Assembly (NCBI GenBank): GCA_013239625.1
Contig: MU056029.1
Coordinates: 1-64,000 of the forward strand
Direction of reading: 5' to 3'
Length of the DNA stretch: 64,000 nucleotides
Origin: Lama guanicoe
Taxonomy: Eukaryota
A model generated the notes under the pieces. The model ran no database searches and was not told where the DNA came from. It was given only the letters and a program-made list of their open reading frames with translations. The number at the start of each line of letters is the position of its first letter. Within the stretch, counting starts at the first letter, position 1. A program made the position numbers and the translations under genes. Positions 35,301 to 49,774 of this stretch are shown here, piece by piece.

Positions 35301-38300
35301 GTATAGAACTTGTGTGGCTTCAGAGATTATACTGAAGGCAGACTTTAGTTTACCAATGAAGCAATTTCCTTCAGCATAGCAGGATGTAGCCAAGAGGCTT
35401 TTGTTTCACTGATCCAACACCAGGCTTTCAGAGCTATGCAATAATATATTTAAAGCCAAAATACCCCTATGAGATTGTCAAATAGTTTTGTAATGTTTCA
35501 GTGTGACTCATCAAGAATAGTTTAGCACCAGACAATACATTTTGTAGTGTCAATATCATCAGTCGATCTAAAGCAAAAGAAAGGTAGTGGGTTTTACTTA
35601 TAAGATCGGAAAACTAGATATTTCCAGATAGGCGATGTCTGCCCTGTAGTTCTCATGCAAGTTCAATTCCTGTGAAAGTTTAGTTACAAAAACTGACTTC
35701 CACCCAAGATCCTCCAGTATTGTCTTGGCTGACACAGGAAACGTCTTTTCCAGACGCGACAGGACAGTGATTGTAGATTTCTGGCTGTCCAGCATGTTGT
35801 TGTGTTTGCCTTGTCATCTATTAGCAGGGCCTCAGCTGTTATTCAGTTCAAGGAATTGGGACCAAGAGAAACTGAGTGGCTTACAAAGGAAAATGTGTAC
35901 AAACTCCACAGTCAGTTTGATTTTATGCTTTAACCCTCCACACATAAATTGTAGCCAGATATTACTCATACTCAAGAGTGATTAAATGCAAAACAAGTCA
36001 CGTGATATAAATAATAAATGCCTTATAAGTAACATAGTTAAATGTAACCTAAACCTTAAATCAGGTAGATAGAAAATAACCAAAAAAGAATACAGATTAA
36101 AACATGACAATTTACCATATTGTTCTGTAGATCTTAAGGGGAAGCTGTCTGCATTTTATTTAGCCATCTACTCGGTTGAAGTCTCAGGTAGGAGCCATTT
36201 CTTTCCAAAGACCATCTGCTTCTAATGAGTTCCTAAGATTTCTCAGCTTGAGGTCTCCAGCAATGATTTAAGATGGTTTATCCCTCTTTGATTGAAAGGC
36301 ATCACTCTAATATCAACCTCGTGGAATTTTAATTCTGCACTAGTTTTAACAGTACCTGATATGTTTTTTTTTTTCAGAGTTCGAAGGCTATCTTTCTCTC
36401 TCAAATTTTAGATCACACCTCCAGAATTTAACAGCTGTATAGGAAGATTTTGAGGAAAGGCTATTTGTATCTTTTGATTTAAAGGAAACCCTAATCTAAA
36501 GCCAAGCCGGCAGAAGTTTCCACTTGTCTAACAGCTATGGCTATTGCCACAGGGTCAAGACAGATATATTAGTAAGCTGGTCTCTGAGGATTCTGATGAA
36601 ATTGAATCAGAATACTAGGAGTTTGTCTGTCCACATTACTCATATACAAATTGGTAGAAAATTTTATTATAATTGCAGTGTTCTTAGTATAGTTCCTCTG
36701 CCCATGATGGTTATGTGCAGAAGCCAATTGGCCTTTCCTGTGGTGGATAATTTCTTGTTAAATTCTTGCAAGTTTTCCTTTGAGGTCACCTGGCCCTACT
36801 AAACGTCCATACTGAGAGTACCAGAGATTATTCTCATGAAATGCACCTGCAGATTTCTCCCAGCAACCCTTCGCTAACTCTGGAGGCAGTGTCTGGCATT
36901 ATATATCAAACTCTCAAAAGATTTAATCACGACGGACAGGATCTTAGTGAGGGCTGCCTGCTGGGGCCTTTCCTTTAGCTTCCATGGTATCCCGTTTTTG
37001 TATGAGTGTTTACTTTCATAATAGCCACCCATTTAGGAAACTTCAGAGCACTCTGAAGTTACTTAATTTGCTGACCATTCTTAACTGAGGCTTCTGCTGG
37101 GATCAAGAACCCTGTTTACTCACAAAGCACTCCAAAATCATAGCTTCACTCAAGGCATACTTCTTATCACTGTGTGTCACTCTCTTCTCTCTCTCTAACG
37201 GATCAGATCTGTGGACGGCAATGAGATCTTCTTTCCAGATATATTTTGTCTAGGAACAGAATCCAAATAGGCTGTTGATTTTCTTGAGTGGACAAATAAG
37301 TATAGATTACTTTGATCCAAAGTGACACTAATAAAAATTAGAACATGAATCTACCACTATAAAATACACTGCCTCAAGGAGTCACTGAAAATAAAATGGT
37401 ATTTTGGTGTGGTACTATAGGGAAATGGAGTAATATTTATGGTTGCAAGGTCCTAAACAAATCTCCACCTCTGTCAAGTAGGTTTTTGGAATTGGAAAGT
37501 AAAAGTATTATACAGAATGGTACAAATTTTTGGTTTGTGTTTTTAATCCTGTTTCAGATTCTGGTTTTAGAAGGTACTGTGCAAGTTTAGATAGCAACTT
37601 AGATTGATAAATCTAAACCTTACTCGGTTTAGCGCAAATAATCCTACCTATAGTAGTAGAAATTTTTGTGCACAGAAATGTTGAGAACTTCCTTGAGATT
37701 TTCAGTAGGAGCTTGATTTAGATACAAAAGTCGTAGGAAATCAATTTCTCAATTATCTGTGGATGGTTTATGAGGAGGGGAGTCCTCAGGGACTCACAGC
37801 CTAGACCATGCAGAAAGTGTTTAGTTCACAATCCCACTTGTTCAGCAAATCACTACTTATCAAGTGAGGAGAGATGGTATTACAGTGGAAGAAAGAAGGT
37901 AACTTATCTAAAGTCTGGGGTGATTTGTGACAGGCTGGAACGTGGGGAACATCTGAGCATTACTGGAGAAACCTACCACCCGAATATTTTGTCTTTCTAA
38001 GGAAGAAGTTGTATATAGCAGTAGTGTTTAAATTTGACATTACAGCACATATCTATTTTTTAAATTGCAAGTTTGTCTTTTAACATTTAAAGGAAGTTCT
38101 CCTTTTGACTTTAAGGGTAAAATGGGTGATTAGTCATTTGATACGCAGTTGAAGCACCTTGATTAGTTACTTATTTCATTTGTTCCCCTTTTTAGATTCT
38201 CAGCTAAGGCAGGACAATCATTTTCCCAATGCACTTAGTGTTTACAGGTGTCTGGGATAGAAGGATGTAGTTTTGTCTCTAGTATGATTTTGTTTTCATT

Positions 38301-39186
38301 ATAAAACTCAATGTTTAGTGAGGTGCTAGAGATCTGATAAGTGTGACTATTTCCCATTCTAGTTTTTTTAAAGAAGATCCTCCATTTCTGGATTAAGTTA
38401 TTTACATCCCTTTATATGATTTTTAGCACTTATCATTTAATATAAAGTATATTCTTTAATATTTTAATGAGTGTCTGTCTGCTTGCACTAAAATATAAAC
38501 ATGCTGAGCATAGAGATTTTTGTCTGTCTTTCACTGTACTAATATACCAATTCTCTGACTGTGAAAGAAATAAAAATTAACTTAAATTTGAAAATTAAGT
38601 GCTAAATTTACTCCAAACTATTGGTCTGTTAAAGGAGAAACCGCACAAGAAATTTCAACTTTTTGTTTGTTAAAGGGAAAAAAGCAAAGTTATATAGCAT
38701 TTAAAGGATGAGCAGAATTTAAGTTAAATTTATAATAAGCAGTATTTGGGGTAGAGCAAAGCAAAAATGGAACTGATTGGATGGAGCTGATTTTATGAAA
38801 GTCAAAATAGAGATGACTGGAAGGATTGGAGAGCAGTTCAGGTCCAGCAGTATTTGCTAAATATGGAGATTTTAGTTAAAAACCAGTTTTGACCACTTTT
38901 GCAGCTTCCTGAGTACTGTGTAATTCTACCAGGGGAAAGTAGAATTTGCAGCAATTTTGTACATACAGATGATGTCCTTCAGCAAGAGTGGCATTTTTTT
39001 TTCTGTCTTGCCATCAAAACCTGGAAAAGCACAGGGAACATGAAAGTAGGAATATAGGACAGTGTTTGTAGTCATCTAGATATTCTGTTTGCCTTTGTAG
39101 ATGACTGCAATTTTTCCCAAATTAAAATTTTAAAAATATAAAAAAAATTGGAAGACTAACATTTTTGACAGTCATTTAAAAAAATA

Positions 39187-39422
39187 CAGTTGACCATTGA
39201 ACAATGTGGGTTAGCCATGCAAACAAGTCTCCCCTCCCCAGTCAAAACTCTGCATATAACTTTACAGTCAGCATCCTGTATCTGTGGTTCTGTGTCTGAG
39301 GATCCATATCTATGGATTCAGCCAACCACAGACCCTGTAATACTGTAGTAAATATTTATTTTAAAAATCTGTGTATAAGTGGATCTGTACAGTTCAAACC
39401 CATGTTGTTCAAGGGTCAACTG
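39187..39422. mobile_element. Tigger2-derived MITE (MER8/Tigger2a-like DNA transposon)
   Basis: Terminal inverted repeats CAGTTGACCATTGAACAA / TTGTTCAAGGGTCAACTG flanked by TA on both sides; 236 bp. Confidence 0.92.
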
Positions 39423-39429
39423 TATCAAT

Positions 39430-39800
39430 AAAATGGGAAAATTCATTAAAACAACAACTAGTGAAAAAAAATCAGCAAGAAATAGAAATAGAAAATAGAA
39501 ATTGTCCTATACATCCATAGTGAAAATCTTTCCATGCAAAAATATTCCAGGCACTAAATATTCTCACTAGTGGATTTTTACAAATATTTAAGGAAAAATG
39601 TTATTCTCATTTTCTCAGAATAGCTTAATTCTAGTAACTAAACCTGATAATGACACTGTAAAAAATGAACTTACAGACTATGACTACTATGAATATAGAT
39701 GCAGGCATCCTAAATACAATAATAGTAAATCAAATCACATAAAATATTTCAAAACTAATACATCAGAACCACTTGGAGTTTACTTATTAAGTGAAAGTTT
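39430..39800 (+). mobile_element. Old LINE-1 ORF2 fragment, 5' half of an interrupted element
   Basis: Decayed match to the ORF2 region ...DAKILNKILANRIQQHIKK.IHHDQVGFI (gatgcaggcatcctaaatacaataatagtaaatcaaatc). Confidence 0.7.
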
Positions 39801-40375
39801 TTCTCCTATGTTCAAAATACCACTTAAGACTTCCAGTTCCAACTCTGATATGTGAAGAGCTTGGAAATCATTATTTCTGTCCTTATAACAAGATAAAGGT
39901 AGAGAAATTTAAAAAATATATAAATGATTTCCTTGGAATCATCAGAGACCTGAAGATACAGGGAAAACTGCTACCCCAAAATCTGGAGAGACAGACTCAT
40001 CCATTGAGATATAGATGAGATCTTCTTGGCTGAAACAGAAGCTACAAATTGGTAGGAAAACTTAAATGGCAATTTAGATAAATAGCCAGATTGAATGTGG
40101 ACTAGAGTAAAAGGGAGAAACTTGGAATTCTCACACTTTGGGGAGCTTTAACAAGAACCTCACAAGTTTCTCATGGTAGAGAATTGAAGAAGACCCCCTT
40201 ATGACTCTGGAATGAAGGTTGGGGGAAGAGTGATCTTTGTGAAATATACCCAAAGAATTTTCCATATAACAAAGGCAATCTCCAGGGGAAAGACTTGAAC
40301 AAAGCATTGTCCCACTTGGGAGAAGGGCATTTCTCAATCTCTGGCCTCTAGCCATTCTATTTTACCAATCTGAAA

Positions 40376-40376
<1 letters not shown>

Positions 40377-40413
<37 letters not shown>

Positions 40414-40438
40414 ACACACACATACACACACGCACACA
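40377..40438. repeat. (CA)n microsatellite
   Basis: About 30 imperfect CA units. Confidence 0.95.
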
Positions 40439-43400
40439 CTTCAATTGAGGTCAGTAATTCAAGGAAATAGATTAGGAAGAGTAGAGTCAGGAAGAGAGTA
40501 GGGGACAAGGAGAAACACAATTATGCTACTGAAGACATATTTGTGAAGGTCACAATCTTAAGACACAGGCACACAAAAACAGACTTATTCAAAATGTTGT
40601 GGATCACTCAGTTCCCCCACAAGCTTATCATCCCACCAATAGGCTTCAGTATAATAACAGTGTATTACAGTTCAAAGATATCAACTTCAAAACACCAGCT
40701 CTCTCAGGAGTACTTAGGGAAACACAGAGTCAAGAGAGGAGACAAAACAAGAACACTAAAGGAATCTGACACTTCTGATACCGCTAGCAACAACAAACAT
40801 TAAACAGAACACAACTCCTAGTTAGATTACCATAAATCTCACACCAAAGTGTTATTTATCTCCATTCCTAATACCAGATAGAACTCAACAAAAAATTACA
40901 GTGCATGATATATGGCAAGGAAAAAACAACAGTCTGAAGAGATAAAACAATGAATGGAACCAGACTCAGAACACAGATGTTGAAATTATCAAATAGAGAA
41001 CTTATAACAACTGATTAATGTGCTAAGAGCCCTTAGGATAAAAGAAGACATTATACAAGAATAGATAGGTTATACAAGCCAAGAAATAAGAACTGATGGG
41101 GGTACTAGAAATAAAAAATAGTGTACCCTAAATGAAGAATGCCTTCAACAGGCTTATCACTAGACTCAACACAACAGAAGAAAAATCAGTGAGACTGGAG
41201 ATACTCCAGCAGAAAATTTACAAAATAATGAGCAAAGAGGATAAAATGGAAAAACATAATAGACCATCCAAAAACTATCAAATGATTTTTAAAAAGTGTA
41301 AGAGACATAATTGGAATACCAGAATGATAAAAGAGAGAAAGTACAAAGAAGAATAAATGCTTAATGTAATAATGGTTAAGAATGTTTAAAAACGAATGAT
41401 AAACATCAAACCGCAGGTGCAGGAAGCTTAGAGAATACAAAGCAGGGAAAAACGCAAGACACACACACATACAAACACACACAAACAATAACAACAATAA
41501 AGCCTATGCACCTTATATTCAGCTGAAGGAAACCAAAGACAGAAAATCATCAAAGAGGCTAGGAAAAAACCCACAATGTAGAAAATATAGAGAATTACAG
41601 TAAATTACAGTGGACTTCTTATCAGAAATCATGAAAACAAGAAGCGAGTGAAGTGAAATATTTTAAATGTTGAACAAAAAATTCTACCTAGAAATCTATA
41701 TCTAGCAAAATTATTCTTCAAAAGTAAAGGAGAAATAGACTCTCAGACAAAGCAAAAATGAGGGAATTCTTGCCATCAGACCTGTCATACAGGAAATGTT
41801 AGAAGTTCTTCTGGAAGAAGGAAAATTATACAGGTCAGAAACTTATCTCTATAAAGAAAAGAAAAGCTTTGGAAAAGAAATAAATGAGGTAAAATAAAAT
41901 TATTTTTCTGAAATATTCTTTAAAAATGCTTAAAGTAATAATAGTAACAAAATATTGGGTACTATGGCATATGAATAGTGAAATAAGTAACAGCAATGTC
42001 ATAAGAGATGGGAAAGAGAAATTGAGAATACTCTGATGTAAGAAAGCTGTACTACACATGAAGTAGTATAGTGTAATTTGAAAGTGAGTTTGAATTAGTT
42101 GAATATTTGTATTGTAAGTTCTGCGAAAACCAATAATGAAAAGAAATAAAAATTGATATGCTAAGAGAGGAAATAAAATGGAATCTTGTAAAAAGATCAG
42201 CTAAAAGCAAAGAAAGCAGTAAAACGGGGGGATAAAGAAACAGAGTAATGCAATGACTAGAAAATAGTTGCAAACATGGAAATACTAATCCAACAATACT
42301 AATAATTATTTTAATGTGAATGATTTAAATTAAAGTACAGAGATTGTTAGAATAAATAAAGAAACAAGACTCAACTAAATGTTGTTGGCAAGAAACCTAC
42401 TTTAAAATTAAAGATTTAGATAGGATAAATGAAAAGGGATTGAAAAAGATATATCATGATAAAACTAATCAAAAGATAGCTGGAGAAGCTATATTGACTT
42501 CAGACAAAACCAATGTTAGAACAAGGAAGATTAAAATTCTTAAAAAAAAATTCTTAAAGGAGACATAACAATCATAAACATGTATGGCCCTAACAACAGA
42601 GTGTCAAGATATTTTAGGTAAAAGTTGAAAGAACTAAAAGTAAAAATTAGACAAAGCCACTATGATAGTTGAAGACTTCAACACCCCTCTGGCAGTGATT
42701 GATCAAGCAGGGAGAAAAACAGTAAGAATATAAGTGATCTAAAGAGCACTATCAATCAGTTTGTCTGACTGATGCTTATACACTACTCCATCCATCACAA
42801 GGAGAATACATATTCTTCTAAAGCTCACATGAAACAGTCAGCAAAACAGATCATATTATGTTTCATGAAACAGACCTTAACAAATATAAACAATTAGAAG
42901 TTATACAAAGCAACAATTGAATAAAACTAGAAGTTAATAAAGATATAACTGGGAAATCTCCAAATATCTGAATTAAACAATACACTTTTAAATAACAGAT
43001 ACATCAAAGAACAAGTAATTAGATAAATTAAAAAATATTTTGAACTAAGTCAAAATGAAAATACTTATTATCATTTGTTGGACACAGCTAAAACATTGTT
43101 TACTGGGGAAAATGACATTAAATTTATATATTAGAAAAGAAAGAAAGACTGAAATTCATACTCTAAGTTTTACCCCAGGAAAATAGAGGAAGAACACTTT
43201 AAGCCTAAAGCAAATAGAAGAAAATAAATAATATTTAAAAGTCAGTAAAATTAAGAAAAGGAAAACAGTAGAGAAAATGAACAAAAAAAAAAGCAAGTTC
43301 TTTCAAGAGATCCGTAAAATTGCTAAAACTCTAATCAGACTAAACAAAGAAAAAAGATGACACAAATGACCAATATCAGAAATAAAGAGTCATCAGTTCT

Positions 43401-46400
43401 GATCCCATGGATTTAGCATAATTACAATATAATACTCTGAACTCTATGTTCCCAATTGGATAACTTAGGTGAAATAGACCAATTACTCAAAAGACAAATT
43501 ACTAAAACTCACACGAGGAGAAATACATATCCTGAATAGCCCTAAATCTATTAAAGGAATTAAATTAATAAGTAATAGCCTTCAGAAAAAACACCAAACC
43601 CAGATAGTTTTACTGGTGAATTTTGCCAAATATTTAAGGAAGAAATAATGCGAGCCATCCACCATTGCTACTAGAAAATAGAAATAGTAGTAAAAAATAA
43701 TAATATATTAATAATGATAGTAATAATAAATTAGTGTTAATTAATTACATTAGATCATTATTAGCCTAACACCATAACCAAATAAAGACATTACATGGAA
43801 GAAAAACTACAAACTAGTATCTGTCATGAGCATCCTCAAGAAATATTAGCAAATTAAATCTAACAGTGTAGAGGAAAAAATTGTACACCACAAACAAGTG
43901 AAATTTATTCCAGGTATGCAAGACTTTTTCAACATTCAAAAATCAATCAATGTAATCCATCACACCAAAAGGCTACAGAAGAAAAACCATATGATCATAT
44001 CAGTAGTTGCTATAAAACCATATGACAAAATCCAATATTCATTTATGATGAAAATTCTCAGTAAACTAGTAATGCAGAGAAATTTTCTCAATTTGATAAT
44101 AAATGTCTAAAAAAAGCCCTACAGCTAACATCATATCTCCTGATGAGAGATAATGCTAATTTCAAGGAAAAGGCAAGGATGTCCTCTTGCACCACTCCTA
44201 TGCAAAATCACACTGGAAGTCTTTGCAATAAGACAAGAAAAATTGTTAAGAGGCATAAAGACTGAAATTGAGGCATACATCTCTCTCTTCAGAGATGACG
44301 TAATTGTCTACATAGAAAAATCCCAAAGAATCTACAAAGCAAAACAAAACAAAAGCTTCCTGGAGTTAAATAAAATAAATGAATATAACAAAGTTAATGG
44401 ATTAGAGTTTAATATTAAAAAGTCAACAGTTTTCTATATATCATTTGTGAACAATTGGAATTTGAAATAATTTTTATAAATACTGTTTACAATTGCAATA
44501 AAAAAGAAAAATACTTAGGTATACATCATTTTATATATACATATATAGGCATACATATTTATATAAAATCTAAATGCAGACAATATGCAACTCTAATAAA
44601 AGATATCAAAGAAGATGCAAGTAATGAACAGACATTTCATGAATTGGAAGACTCAATATTGTTCAGAAATCAATTCTTCCCAACTTTAGATACAATAAAT
44701 CCTATTTAAAACCTCCAAAAGTTACTTTGTAGATATCAACAAACTGATTTTAAAGTTTATATGGAAAGGCAAAATAACTATAGAGTTAACCAACATAGCA
44801 CTGAAGAAGAACAAATTTTGGAGGACTCATAATACCCTAAGACTCTTACTATAAACCTACAGTATTCAAGACACCATGACATTGGCAAATAAATAGATAT
44901 ACATCAATAATACAGAACAGAGAACCCAGAAGTACATACACACAATTATAATTATAATTGGTCTTTGACAGGAGTTCAAAGGCAGTTCAATGTATAAAGA
45001 ATATTCTTTTCAAAAATCATGCTAGAACAAGGGGATTCCATATGCAAGAAGGGGACCTATACACGGACTTGACATGTTCCATAAAAATTAACTCAAAAGA
45101 AATCATAGCACTAAATGTGAAATGTAAAGCTATAAAGCTTCTCAAGGTAAACATAAGAGAAAATCTATGTGATCTTGGGTTTTGAGATGATGAGTTTTTA
45201 GATACAACACCAAAAGCACAAAGCCATGAAGAAAAAAATGAGTTAAACTGTATTAAAATTAAAAGCTCTGCTCTGGCAAAAGAAACTGTCAAGTTAATGA
45301 AAAGACATGGATTGGGAGAAAATATTTTCAAAGCACATGTCTGATAAAGGCCTTCTGTACGAATATATAAAGAACTCTTAAAATTCAGCAGTAAGAAACA
45401 ACCCACTTAAAAAACGGGCAAAGATTAAATAGACACCTCACCACAGAAATATACACATGACAAATGACCATATGTAAAAATGCTCTACCTTATCTGTTAT
45501 TAGGGAGATGCAAATTAAACAAACTGATACCACCACACACCTAAGAAAATGACTAAAATCCAAAGAACTGGCAATGCCAATTATTGGAAAAAATGTAAGA
45601 AACAGAAACTATCATTTATTGGTGGTGAGAATGGAAAATGGTACAACAATGTTGGAAGACAGTGTGGCAGTTTCTTACAAAGCTAAATATTCTGCATTTA
45701 GCCACTGTGCTCTTAAGTATGTACCCAAATGAGTTGAAAACTTAGGTCCACATAAAAATTAGCACGAGTAATTACAACAGCTTTGTTTACAATTGCCAAA
45801 ATTTGGCAATTATAAATAAAATATGAACTTTTAAAACCTATTTAGGAGTTGGGGGATCCCAGGGTGGAATACAAATATGAAAAAAAAAAGAATCTGTTAC
45901 AAATGTATGAAGCAACCTCACTGACGAGGTTAGAAGAAAAAGGTGTTGATTTAAGTAACTGGGGGAGTTAGTGAAATCTGTAAAACTAAAGGCAAACTGA
46001 CTGCCGTGTAGTCTGCTTGATAAAGCTGTTTCTCATGGGTGTAGGGATTAACAACTCTGAAACCACTACATATGTCCACTAGGATTAAACAAGTAAGTGG
46101 TTGGCAGATGGTATAACATTTCTTGCTGTTGGAGTAGAAGGTTACAGACAAACAAGGAGAGGTTAGAATGATGTGTATGATAATGGATCAGAATTGGAAA
46201 CATCAGTATGAACTTATATTGTATATATATTTGTAAATATATGTAAATATACATACATACGCAGTTACTGTACATGTACATATTTCCTTAGCCTATCAAC
46301 TGAGTAAGCCTCCAAGCAATGATAATCCAGTAACCACAGGCACACCTTGAACCCATATCTTGGTTTCTAATACCACTCTTCAATGAAACAAACCAGGAGT

Positions 46401-46455
46401 CCTTTCAAAAATGGCTGATTCTAGGAATGGGCAGAAAATATAAAAGATGAGCCTG

Positions 46456-46598
46456 GCAGATGGGTAGAGCTCAGTGAGTGTGCATGCATAGCACCCTTAC
46501 AGGTTCAATCCCCAGTACCTCTGTTAGAAAATAAATAAATAAGCTGAACTACCTCCCTGCCACAAAAAACAAACAAACAAACAAACAAACAAACAAAG
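46456..46598 (+). mobile_element. tRNA-derived SINE (camelid type) inserted in L1 3' UTR
   Basis: GGGTAGAGCTCAGTG...GGTTCAATCCCCAGTACCTC, (AAAC)n tail; TSD AGATGAGC(C/T)TG at 46445-46455 and 46599-46609. Confidence 0.88.
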
Positions 46599-47577
46599 AG
46601 ATGAGCTTGAAGCATCCTGCAGTGCCAGAAAGTAAGGAAGTGCTAAACTTACACACAAACACACACACACACACACACACACATTGATGGAAGAATGTCA
46701 AAGTGACAGAAGCCAACCAAAAGAGATTCAAATGGTCAAGTTTGGAACAATTTGAACAAAATAAATAACATAGTATCGGATTATAACCCAAGTAAAAATA
46801 AATTATCCATGAATCCACACTAATATAAAAAAGTAAATAAATAAATTGGGAGAACAGACAAATTTCTCGTGCAGAAGAATTTTTTAAAAAATATTTTGAG
46901 CTACTTTGGCTTCAAGGAGGTGCAATGTAACTCCTCACTCCTCAAGTGTGGTCTGTGCATAGGGACTTCTTTGTAAAAAAATACAGTATAAAATGGCAGG
47001 TGGAAGGAAAATAACTTTACAGAGAAAAAAAAAATCTGACAAACACTACCTCAGTGAGGAATCAAGGCTAAAATAAACAGTGATAAGTCATATTGATAGA
47101 ATGTACCCATGGTAGGATATGATGAGAATGGCACTTTATTTCTACAGTCTTCCTTCCCAAAACCCAAACCCCAGTATAATCATAAGATAATAATTAGACA
47201 AATTCCACTTGAGAGAAACACTCCACAAAACACTTGATTAGTTCTCCTCAAAGGTGGGAAGAACATCAAAACAAGGAAAATCTGAGAAAGTGTCACAGTT
47301 AAGAGGATCCTAAGCAAACATGACAACAAAATGTAGCATACTGTATGGGGTCATTGAGCAAAAGTAGGACAGTAAGCAAAAACAAGGAAATCTGGATAAA
47401 GTGTAGACCCAAACAACGTACCAACATTGATTAGGTGTGTGACAAATACACTATACTCATACAAGATGGTAATGATATGTGAAATGGGGTATTGGGTACT
47501 TGGTAACTCTATATGTTACTCTCACAACTTTTAAAAACAAATCTAAAACAATTCTAAATTAAGTTTAATTTAACTTA

Positions 47578-47665
47578 ATTTTATTTTTTAACATTTTTTA
47601 TTGCGTTATAGTCATTTTACAATGTTGTGTCAAATTCCAGTGTAGAGCACAGTTTTTCAGTTATC
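47578..47665 (-). mobile_element. Short 5'-truncated young L1 3' end
   Basis: tttttattgcgttatagtcattttacaatgttgtgtcaaattccagtgtagagcac, the typical antisense 3' terminus of artiodactyl L1. Confidence 0.75.
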
Positions 47666-47669
47666 ATTT

Positions 47670-49450
47670 TAAAATAATTCAAATCAGTGTAATTCATCAT
47701 AGTAACACAAGAGAGGGGAAACATCATATGATCATCTCAAAAATAAAAAGCATTTGATAAAATACAAAACCTATTCCTCATGAATGTCATGGGAACTGGG
47801 AATTGAAAAAAAATAATGTAATGAGATAAAGGGTATTTACAAAAGAAGACAGTTGCAAAATCATTAATAATGGAACTATTGAAAGTTTTTCTCCTAAGAT
47901 TGGGAGTAAAACAAATTTTCTGTCACCATTTCTGTTCAGCACTATACTGGGTGTTCTAGTGCAGTAAGTCATGGAAAAGGAATAAAAGGTGTATAAGGAT
48001 TAGAAAGAAAAGGTATATGTAAATTTCATTATTGACAGACAACAAAGTGGTGTCTACACATGTATGTGTGTTAGTATATACCTCTATCTGTATATCTATA
48101 TCCAAAAATAATTTGAACGTAATTAAAATTAGGAAATTAATTTAGCAAGTTTCTATATTAAGAAGCAAGTAAGGACAATGAAATATGTTTATGCAAAAAT
48201 AAAAAATAAAAATAAAGATTTTAAAATATAATATTTTCAGGAACACCAGAAATATCAATTACATAGGAAAAGATCTACAGATTATTATTATTGTAAAAGA
48301 TTATTACAAAACATTATCAAAAGGAAGTAAGTGATATCTTACAAATGAAGAGATATAACATATTCAGATTGGCAGATTTGATTATATAGAGATGTTAATT
48401 TTCCCCCAAATTCATTTTAAATATTTAATGGAATGGCATCCCAAATCCAAATCCCTTTAGGTGTTTTGAAAATTGTCAGCCTAATTTCAAGAAAATATAT
48501 AATGCAAAAAACCAAGGTTGTCTTGACAAAAATGAACAAATTTTATGAGTTACATGACAAAATTTCAAAGCCTTTTATAAGGTTCCAATAATTAAGACTG
48601 TATGTACTGACAAGATAGAAAACTGTCCTAATGGGGGTGAAATAGAGACTTCACAAACAGATCAAAAGATATATGATTACTTGATTTATAATAAATGTGC
48701 CACTGTTGCATAATGAGGAAAGGGTGGTCTGTTCAATAGTTGATGATTTATTAAAGATTAATATGAAAAAATTGAGTCCATTTTCAAACCATACAAAGAA
48801 ATAATTTCTAGGTGTAATATAGACACATATGAAAGGCAAAACAATAAGGTCTTGAAAACACCATAGAAAAGTAGTATCATGATTTTGGTGAATGCAAAAA
48901 ATGAAAACTGCATAACACCACCACTAACCATAAGGGAAAAGTTGATGAGTTAGTTTGCATTAAAACCAAAACTTTGCTTATCAAAATTGAATTTGTTTAT
49001 CAAAATGTATATTCAATGGAAAGTCACTATACCTAAGACATAGTAAACTTGTACATGTCAAAAAGTGAGAAAGAAGACATTTAAATAGGTGCATGGCAAA
49101 GGAGAATATCGAAATGGCTAATAAGCATGTGAAAATGTACTCAAGGTCGTTGGCCATGAGAGAAAAGAATCCTCAAACGATAAACACTCACCAGGATACA
49201 TAAAACATTTTAAATCTAGCTATATGTCTAGTTAGAATACCTTTAGACTGTGTCTGCAAACATAACTACCAGGTATAAGAAAACTTCATACATGTAAGCC
49301 CTAACATACATACACATGTATGCTTATCGTGGCACCATTTCTAACAGCAAAAGCATCGAAAGCAAAGTGTCCATCAAGAGTTGGAGGGATAAGGAAACCT
49401 CAGAATATGCACACAGTGAAACAACAGACAGATCCCGGAGAAATAAAAAT
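47670..49450 (+). mobile_element. Old LINE-1 ORF2/3' fragment, 3' half of the interrupted element
   Basis: aaatcagtgtaattcatcatagtaac...catatgatcatctcaaaaataaaagcatttgataaaatacaa corresponds to SINVIHH..HMIIS..KAFDKIQ. Confidence 0.8.
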
Positions 49451-49714
49451 GGAGAGGCTAATATGGTAGTTGAGGGAGAGCCTCAGCAAGAGAGATGTCT
49501 TCCGCAGTTCATCTCACCCTGGTAATATGAAGCGATCCCAGTATGGCAGGGGGCTGCGTATATAAGCTTGGCTCATGCAGGGGCCTTCCAGGGGAAAGAT
49601 GGGTGACCACATACAGAATGACCACACTTGCTGGAGCTGGACCAGTGAGCACAATGCTGGTTTACCGAATTCTGGGCTGCTTAGGACTGGATAATAAACC
49701 ACAGAGCTAAGCTA

Positions 49715-49774
49715 AAAAAAAAAAAAAAAAAAAANNNNNNNNNNNNNNNNNNNAAAAAAAAAAAAAAAAAAAAA
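49715..49774 (+). other. Long poly(A) tract containing an assembly gap (N 49735-49753)
   Basis: A20-N19-A21; AATAAA at 49693-49698. Confidence 0.95.

Larger units (their letters stand above)
39825..47565 (+). mobile_element. Near full-length decayed LINE-1 (5' UTR, ORF1, ORF2, L1MC/MD-like 3' UTR)
   Basis: ORF1 remnant MKNAFNRLITRLNTTEEK (41132). EN motif gaagacttcaacacccctct (~42670). RT remnants FIPGMQDFFNIQKSINVIHH (43898) and RQGCPLAPLL..LFRDDVIVYIE (44153). Many stops and frameshifts. Confidence 0.93.

Noticed and set aside
41132..45406. ORFs with reverse-transcriptase and ORF1-like peptides
   Set aside because: Frameshifted remnants of a dead L1, not a functional gene.
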